DNA of 63,094 nucleotides, filler included, from Octopus bimaculoides (Eukaryota): NCBI RefSeq assembly GCF_001194135.2. It is 6 parts of 6 records of this genome, joined end to end, with 100 filler letters (N's around TTAATTAATTAA, not from the genome) between each part and the next. Parts side by side here need not be neighbours in the genome. Positions count along the whole stretch, not along the records: positions 51,907 to 61,015 come from NC_068985.1; positions 61,116 to 63,094 come from NW_026411551.1; 4 more parts are not named here. The stretch is one strand, 5' to 3'. Numbering within the stretch: position 1 is the stretch's first letter; each line of letters opens with the position of its first letter. This document shows, one piece after another, positions 54,859 through 63,094 of the stretch. The notes under the pieces are model-generated. The model did not search any database. It had not been told where the DNA came from and worked only from the letters and a program-made list of their open reading frames with translations. The translations under genes were made by a program, and so were the position numbers.

Positions 54859-55440
54859 CAGGGTGCGTAAGATATTTGAGGTCAGATTTATATAGTAACA
54901 GATAATAACTTTATTTATCAAAAAATGCTATGAAGATAAAATAAACCTTCTTTTCTATAATGTTATTCAATAAAGCCATCTTCAGCTTCATCAGCTGCTT
55001 CTGTATGAGATCTAATTCATCTACATGAACATTACTCTGACTATGGCAGCTTTCAAAGATTCTTTGGTGTTATAAGCGTGTTCATTGACCTCACTCTCAA
55101 CAACGCTCCACATGTAATAGTCCAATGGATTGAGATATGGGGAATTAGGAGGCCAAATGTTAGGGGTTATGTGATCATAAAAATTTTCAGCCATCCATTC
55201 CTGTGTTACTAGAGCCATGTGTGATAGTGTAGAGTCTTACTGAAACACATATGCCTTTCCATTGCCTACACTGTCTATCCACGGCTTAACAGTTATTTCC
55301 AGGACTTCAATGTAGGCGGCAGAGTTAACTGTGAGGCCTTGTGGAAAGAAGTAAGGTGGTATCACATGTCCTTCATTGCTGACAACCCCTAAAACCATGA
55401 AAGTTGCAGGAAATTTTGTATGCATAACACTTGGAACTTC
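54859..55440 (-). mobile_element. maT (DD37D) transposon remnant
   Basis: TA|CAGGGTG terminus. VLGVVSNEGHVIPPYFFPQG...YVFQ*DS...WPPNSPYLNPLDYY with 37 residues between the last two Asp. Confidence 0.85.
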
Positions 55441-55876
55441 AGAAGGGACTGCACATAATCATCTGTCATTTCTTCTGCCAAAATTATTGGCTTTGTTCCT
55501 AAATTAGAAACCATTGTATATACTCCAAGAAATTGTCAATTGACTCATTAGCATAATCTATTGCATTGAATTATCAGATAAGTTTGTTCGCTTTTTTTTC
55601 TTTCTATTTATTTTAATCCTTTCCAGTGTTATATGATTTAACACGAAAAATGTATTCATCGTAGAGTTTAAGAGGCTTTTTATAGCTCTATTTTCCCTTT
55701 ACAACTTTTGTTTATTGTTCTTGAAATTTGAAGAATTTTTACCTCTTTTCAGACATTTGACTATGTAGCTCAAGTAGAAAAATGAACGAACGATTTCATC
55801 TGTCAACCGAATAATTTATCAATTATTCTCTAATTATAATTATAATTTATTTCTTCTGCTGTTATTGCTTTTCCAG

Positions 55877-56012
55877 TAAAAGTTAGGCTGACTTCAGGCT
55901 CTCAACCTCAAAAGGGGACTGTGGAAGTATTATTTAATGGACAATGGGGAGGAATTTGTTACATAAATGATACCCACATTGGAACTGTTCTGGCTCGAAT
56001 GATGGGTTACAC
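55877..56012 (+). CDS. Internal exon: N-terminal half of SRCR domain B
   Basis: Acceptor gcttttccag and donor gtaagt; phase 1 to phase 2. Encodes KVRLTSGSQPQKGTVEVLFNGQWGGICYINDTHIGTVLARMMGY (VRL..G..G.VEV...G.WG.IC pattern). Joins the previous exon in frame (T+TA = Leu). Confidence 0.88.
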
Positions 56013-56224
56013 GTAAGTACACAAACTCTGTTATTGTTTGTTCTTTCAGTTTGTTTTGTTTGGTTTTTAATGGCTTAAGTCATCCGAAACAGGTGGTTGA
56101 AAAGGATGAAATATCCCCGAAGCAGAGACCCAGCCCGGATGCTAACAATAAAAAGGTAGTAGCTAAAAACACTTCAAAACCGGATGTGGGTGGATTAAAC
56201 CAGATTCTTATTATGTGTCCCACT

Positions 56225-56395
56225 TAAGAAGACATTATTTCTGCCACTCAGCCTCAGAAAAAGCATTTTCAACGAGCTTCTTCACTCCTTCCGTTTTCCA
56301 AAATCTACTCACAAGATCTAAGTTGACCCGACATTGTGGTTGAAGACATTTACTCAAGCTACCGCACATGGGGCTTGAAACCGAAACCACATAGA
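56225..56395 (-). mobile_element. CORE-type SINE, decayed
   Basis: Reverse complement tgtggtttcggtttcaagcccc...aatgtcttcaacc...cttgtgagtagattttggaaaacggaa. Confidence 0.62.
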
Positions 56396-56944
56396 TACCC
56401 GTTTGGTCTATAATATACTCATTTGTTGTAATATACGGGACTTTTATTTTAAAAATTTTCTTTTACATATTCTGAGAATATGAAATAAATTAGAGAGAAA
56501 CATAACAATATGTAAGTAGATGGGAGAGAATATGTTGAAGCAGTCGATAGAGGGAAAGTCAATAGAAAGAAAACCATCAGGTTGACTCCAGATACAGCGG
56601 AGGTTGCTTCAAGATGTCTGTGGTAGGCATTAGAAGGTAGAAGCACTGGAAGGGTCGTGCTACCATGGTCAGTGCTTACTGGACACAAGCTGATCGACCC
56701 CAGCTAGGCCACCTGGTTGAGTGCTTGATGCTGCAAGACTCAAAACACTTAATGACCCCAAGAAATATCACTGATGATGTGTCTAGATACATCACAGGAT
56801 GATATATACAAAAACTAGTATCAAAAAGAATCACAGTATTGACCGACATTAAACACAGCAAAGGTTATTGACAGCAACATGCATAAAGGGTTGATTAAAA
56901 TTCTTTACGCCACTTAGTTACTTCCCTTTACGTTCATCCTTCTC

Positions 56945-57004
<60 letters not shown>

Positions 57005-57305
57005 CGGGCAGTTAAATCTTGGCCTGCTGTATACACTTTGGTTTAGCTGGACTTCGATCGTGGTATCTTCAAACTGATTTTACACAACGTATGTTGATTC
57101 ATAACTCGATATACTGTATTCAAATAACGCCGAATTTGTCTTTTCCTTCTAACCGTTCAAGATCGATATTAATAAGCCAGCAATCACCTGACTTCGATTC
57201 AATCGATCATATACCAATGTAATATATGAATGTCCTATTTATAGGTTATTACTATCAAAGAATGTCTCACATTTGTGATAGTTTATAATATGTATGCATA
57301 AATAC

Positions 57306-57345
<40 letters not shown>

Positions 57346-57451
57346 ATTATGTATATATGTATGTGTGTGCGTCTGTGTATTCATTATATATTCATGTATT
57401 CGAAACTGAGACTTCAATTCGTCGATATTGTCCTTTAATTTGTATATACAA

Positions 57452-57495
<44 letters not shown>

Positions 57496-57799
57496 TAACA
57501 TATGCTCAAAAGTTCATATTGAAAGACCATGTTGTATAAATTATTAGTTATTTTGTAATATCACAGATATTGTCAAACAAATATATATATATAAGCATAA
57601 ATGGGTTACAGATTCACTACAGCTGTTCCAGACGCATTTTTTATTGATGACTAGTTCAATTACAACGATTACATCATGAAAAAGCCGTTTTCGTCAGGTG
57701 ACTAAAACAAGATTTCTCTTGAGGTCTGACCTCTTTTCAGAGGAGGAGAAAGAGACAACCAAACCAAAAGAGTTCGAGAACAAGAAGAAGTAACCATAG

Positions 57800-57895
57800 T
57801 ACATGACTGGTACTTTATTTATTAGCCCTGGAAAGATAACAAGCAAGTTTGACCTCGGTGGGATTTGAACTCGGAGCGTAAAGATCGGGAAGGGC
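57800..57895 (-). mobile_element. Nin-domain SINE fragment
   Basis: actggtactttattt...gtttgacctcggtgggatttgaactcggagcgtaaaga. Confidence 0.65.
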
Positions 57896-58019
57896 GAACA
57901 CAAAGCTAGTTATCAGGAGCTGTTACTATTCTTGTAATATAAAATTATAATTTTCATAACTGACCAAATTGTATTTTCATGCGAGATCTACATCATATTT
58001 CCCTGATAATTAATAAAAG

Positions 58020-59026
58020 TGCAAAAGAGATACTCTACTCGGCCACCCGATTTGCTTGATAGTCAGAAGGGGCGAGATTTGGACTCCAGCAACTGAAAAC
58101 CCAATTTTTCAATGGTTTCAACGGTGTGAGCGGACATGTGTGGGAGCGCATTGTTGTGCAACAGTAACAGTTTCTTTAACAATAGACCTCAGTGCACGGT
58201 TCGAATTACTGGTTTCAGTTAATTGGCCAGCATTTCACTGTAGCTTACATTGGTAACTGTGGGCCCTTTTCCCCGGTAATGTTCCAGTATAGGCTCTTTT
58301 GTGTTCTAAAAGGCGGTTATAATCACTTTCTTTGCACAAGATTGAGTCTTGAATTTCGTTTTCACTGGCGATTCCGGATTTTTCTGCTCTATATTCTGCT
58401 TTTGGATTCATGTGCCATGTTCTGTGACTATTCTCACCAAAAAAAGCTTCTCCTTCATCGTTGTAGCGATTAAGTAACCGTCGACGTATCTCTACACGAT
58501 TGCACTTAAGCTGTCATAACTTTACAGAAGAGAAACTTGTCGTGGATGGTTTCGTATGCAGAACCATGTCTAATTTGTACAGAACATACCACTTTATCGA
58601 TGGTCACCAGAATCATCTCTCTAGCTTGTTGAATCTTCACTTTCGTCGTAGAGGTCGATGGCCTTCCTGCTCCCTCTTTGTGCTTTACACTTGGTCGACC
58701 ATTTTTAAACTTCCCGATCCACTCATACTCATTTCTAAGCGGTAGAGCACTGCTGTCCTCGTATTGTAATAAAAGCCTACGACGAATTTCAGCCCCTGAC
58801 ACATTTTCAGACAAGAGAAATGGGATTAGATCTTCTTTGGTGCACACTGCCAGTGGAGCGGCCAGGTTTTCTTTGGTTGCTCTAGTTTTCTTACTTGTCT
58901 TACAAAGTCAAACGTCGGTTGCATAACCACAAGAGTACTATCTTTTAGCATGCTAGTGCTGAAGACAGTGCGGCCAACATAAAGAAACTTTTAGAGGAAG
59001 TGTGGACAATTTTTAACTTCCTCTAG
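58020..59026 (-). mobile_element. Decayed mariner remnant (distinct from the 8887 element)
   Basis: N-terminal HTH (YEWIGKFKNGRPSV...AGRPSTS, 58506-58847) and C-terminal LLHNNALPH...PNLAPSDY (~58055-58170). The end at 59026 is followed by TA. Confidence 0.8.
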
Positions 59027-59038
59027 TATGTGTGTGTG

Positions 59039-59081
<43 letters not shown>

Positions 59082-59116
59082 CTTCTTTATTTAACGTCAT
59101 ACTTTGATATTTATAG

Positions 59117-59268
59117 AAAGGGTACAATATATCCAGTAACCCCAACACTCCCGCTTCTGAAACATTCAAAGTGTAATGGAGACGAATCTTCACTGGCTGG
59201 ATGTCCAAGCTTGGTTTGGAGCACAGCTTGTGCACCAAACAAAATCATTGGTATAACTCTTTCCAAAG
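59117..59268 (+). CDS. Internal exon: C-terminal half of SRCR domain B
   Basis: Acceptor gatatttatag and donor gtaaga; phase 2 to phase 1. Encodes KGTIYPVTPTLPLLKHSKCNGDESSLAGCPSLVWSTACAPNKIIGITLSK (C.G.ESSL..C pattern). Joins the previous exon in frame (AC+A = Thr). Confidence 0.87.
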
Positions 59269-59780
59269 GTAAGATATTATTTATCAGTAATTCCTTATAA
59301 GAAAGCTGTTATTTGCTGAGTAGATTTTAAGTACATATGTACCTGATTGAAAAGATCTGTGAAAAGGTGTTTGGCATTTAGATATGTTGATATAAAATTT
59401 GCATGTAGAAAAGTTTCTGTTGCAACTTTGATCAGTATTCTATTTATTGCTAAGTCATATTTATTAAGGGCTAGACCCCTATTTTAAATAGTGCATAGAG
59501 TTTATCAAAGAAGTTACAATCGTATCGATCACGTCGAAGGATTACGAAGAAATCTCGTACTTCTCAATAGATTTCCTCATTCCTTATAGTTAACATAGAA
59601 CAGAATACTCAAATAATTGACTGCATTAATCGTGTTAGTATGTGGGATAAAGAAATATCTATCATCATAATTATCATCATCATCCTTATCACCATCGCCA
59701 TTTTCATAATCCTAATCATCATCTTTATTATTATCTTATAATTCTGCTTGTCATTGCGTTACTTAGCCCGTCGGTAACGC

Positions 59781-60050
59781 TTTCATGTGATTAGAGAAAA
59801 AGAGGGAGGGAGAAAAAGAGGGAGAGAGAAGCGTCCACGATGTGAGGTAGATGGAATGTAATTGTAAGACTTTCACGTGATTAGTTGAAGCGAAAGAGAG
59901 GAGAAAGAAAAAGGAGAAAGAATCAGAGAATAAGGCGAAGAGTAAGACAGAAAGAGGAAAGAAGAAAGAGAGAGAAAAGTGTTCATGACGTGAGGTAGTG
60001 GGAGCGTAATATTTATTACGTGGTTTAAAAAATTAGTTGAAAGTAGAGGG
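59781..60050. repeat. Degenerate tandem repeat with conserved blocks and variable purine spacers
   Basis: ttca(t/c)gtgattag ... ca(c/t)ga(t/c)gtgaggtag..gga..gtaat occurs twice, with a partial third unit. Confidence 0.55.
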
Positions 60051-60969
60051 AGAGAATTTAAAAATATAAATTTAGCTGAGGGCTGATGTTCTGATGGTGA
60101 GGTTAAAGAAAGGCAGAGAGAGGGGAGAGAGGGGAGAGAGGGGATAAAAAAAGAAGAGAGAGAGGAGGAGAGAGATGCTGGTGGTAGTGATTGGATAGTA
60201 AAAAGAGCATTTCTTTTTAATTGAACGAAGTTTCTTTATATCACCTATCACTGAACACATGCGCATAAGTACAATTCCATGAAATATTCACGCTTATTTG
60301 CATAGCAGATATATGCAATTTAACTAAAGGTTATATCATATGTACGAGATATTTTTGGATTTGTTTTAGTTTATGGGGGAAATGGAAAAAATAAGAGTGA
60401 ATATTTATTTTATAAGTGCTGTGTATTAATTAAGTCTATAAAATCGTGCATAAAGTATATAAAGTATATATATATATAATGCATTAAGTAATCATTTCCA
60501 TACTTAATGAGTGTGTATGTATGGTGCTGAGACAAGTGATAAGGAGACGGATAATTTTAAAGGAGTTATGCGTTACGGTAAGGAGTTGGAAACAAGACAA
60601 ACAGCAAATTCAGTGACATCGTCAGTTAATTCACTGTAAAGGCATCACTTGATTTCCTAATGGTTATCTAAACGAAAGTCATCAAGGTTACTGGAAAAGG
60701 ATGTCACTGATATATTGTTTACATTAGCTCTCAATCGCACGATTTCTTTCTTCCTTATACTACTACTAACACAACAACTACTACTACTACTACTACTACT
60801 ACTATACAATGACGTCTACTCTGAATTTAAATTATGACGGCCAACTCGATGCACCTCCTTGTCTTACAGTCACACTTTTCAAACTTTTGCCTTTCGTGTG
60901 TATCACGTGACAGAGGATATATATTCCCGGCTGCCAAGTACCGTATGTGATACAAAATTCCAATTTGTA

Positions 60970-61006
<37 letters not shown>

Positions 61007-62664
61007 TATATATATNNNNNNNNNNNNNNNNNNNNNNNNNNNNNNNNNNNNNNNNNNNNTTAATTAATTAANNNNNNNNNNNNNNNNNNNNNNNNNNNNN
61101 NNNNNNNNNNNNNNNTGTATGTGTGTGAGTATTTGTGTCTGTGTATGTATATATAGAAACAGAGAGTAAGTGAGATGGTTTGATAGATAAATAGATAGAT
61201 AGATATACACATTACACATGAAACTTGTGAGATAGTGGAAGGTACCGTCTGGGAATAGGTAGCACGATCATGTGCTCAAATTGTTCTGTCACAAGGTATA
61301 TGTCCAGATCAGGATATAGAAAATGGCATATGTCCTTAATCACACACAAAGGAGCGAATCTCAGAAGACGTAGTCACGAACGAAGCTTCTTAACTAATTT
61401 GTTTATTGTCAACTTCCGTAGTTTAATATAACTACACCCATGTAAAAATCCAGGACCAGAAAACTAATGATTTACCGCGGAGATGCTCACAAGTCTGACT
61501 ACATGCCAGCGTCGTGCACTAATATTTTCATGTCCAGAAGATGAACCTGAGCGACTCCAGGCGCTGTATTGCGAACGGAGAGTGCGCACCTACTACTGAC
61601 ACATATAATTGTTCGAAGAAAATTTATTAAATAAATTAGCTAAAGGGGTCATATAAGAACGAAAGTTTAAGATAATTATCTCTGTGGAATTTCGAAAGAA
61701 TTAAAATATTAACAATTGCGGTATTCTCTCGTCACTGAATAATTATATGTAGTTAATTGCAGATTGAATCTCGCATTAAGTCTGTTAAAGTAGATTTCAC
61801 TATGTACGGCTGCATATNNNNNNNNNNNNNNNNNNNNNNNNNNNNNNNNNNNNNNNNNNNNNNNNNNNNNNNNNNNNNNNNNNNNNNNNNNNNNNNNNNN
61901 NNNNNNNNNNNNNNNNNNNNNNNNNNNNNNNNNNNNNNNNNNNNNNNNNNNNNNNNNNNNNNNNNNNNNNNNNNNNNNNNNNNNNNNNNNNNNNNNNNNN
62001 NNNNNNNNNNNNNNNNNNNNNNNNNNNNNNNNNNNNNNNNNNNNNNNNNNNNNNNNNNNNNNNNNNNNNNNNNNNNNNNNNNNNNNNNNNNNNNNNNNNN
62101 NNNNNNNNNNNNNNNNNNNNNNNNNNNNNNNNNNNNNNNNNNNNNNNNNNNNNNNNNNNNNNNNNNNNNNNNNNNNNNNNNNNNNNNNNNNNNNNNNNNN
62201 NNNNNNNNNNNNNNNNNNNNNNNNNNNNNNNNNNNNNNNNNNNNNNNNNNNNNNNNNNNNNNNNNNNNNNNNNNNNNNNNNNNNNNNNNNNNNNNNNNNN
62301 NNNNNNNNNNNNNNNNNNNNNNNNNNNNNNNNNNNNNNNNNNNNNNNNNNNNNNNNNNNNNNNNNNNNNNNNNNNNNNNNNNNNNNNNNNNNNNNNNNNN
62401 NNNNNNNNNNNNNNNNNNNNNNNNNNNNNNNNNNNNNNNNNNNNNNNNNNNNNNNNNNNNNNNNNNNNNNNNNNNNNNNNNNNNNNNNNNNNNNNNNNNN
62501 NNNNNNNNNNNNNNNNNNNNNNNNNNNNNNNNNNNNNNNNNNNNNNNNNNNNNNNNNNNNNNNNNNATATGTATATATATATATATGTCAATCATAGTAT
62601 GTATTCATGTATGCATGTATTTCAAAGCAAATGAAAATTGAAAATAATAATAATGATGATGATG

Positions 62665-62725
<61 letters not shown>

Positions 62726-63094
62726 GTTGAGAGAGCGTAATTAGTGAATTTGTTTTAAGGAAGAGAGTGAGTGTTTCCAGTTAAAAAGAAACACTTGTTG
62801 GAAAGCAAATATGCTTTAGAGAGAATTGTGATGGGATATATACGATAAAAATTAAAAAATAAAATAAATATAGATAATTAACGGTTAAGTTACATCCATA
62901 ATTACAACAGCACAGCGTTTCTTAATTAAGTTGAGATGAGGTTTTCGTAATCAGTGTGTATTATCGTATCTCATGGCAACGGTGACTTGTATTGAGTGTT
63001 TGCGTGTATGTGTGTGTATGTGTCTGTGTGTATGTGAGTGGGTGTGTGCGGCGAATGTGTGTGCGTATGTGTGCGAATGAGCATGTGTGTATCT

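Noticed and set aside
60885-60942. Possible next SRCR-gene exon EDIYSRLPST (phase 1 start, GTATGT donor)
   Set aside because: Too short and lacking homology to support without RNA data.

Overview
This is AT-rich eukaryotic DNA packed with microsatellites and broken by many N gaps. The SINE repertoire (Nin-domain, CORE-type and V-type tRNA SINEs) and the simple-repeat load point to a cephalopod, probably Octopus; that assignment is inference. Most listed ORFs are artefacts of microsatellites or N runs. The only host coding sequence I can support is three phase-compatible + strand exons (53938-54092, 55877-56012, 59117-59268). They encode one and a half tandem, divergent SRCR domains, and the complete domain has lost both cysteines of one canonical disulfide. 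The rest is transposon-derived: a near full-length decayed R4/Dong-like (RLE-type) non-LTR element, several R4/Dong fragments in (TAA)n tracts, and an unclassified ~540-bp element also in (TAA)n. There is also a full-length DD34D mariner with TIRs and TA TSD, a second mariner remnant, a DD37D maT remnant, a hATm-like remnant, a TA-flanked MITE, a fold-back element, an RTE 3' end and more than 20 SINE copies. I see no prokaryotic-type system (operon, CRISPR, defence island). The best novelty candidates are the cysteine-reduced SRCR protein and the microsatellite-targeted retroelement set with its orphan 540-bp element.
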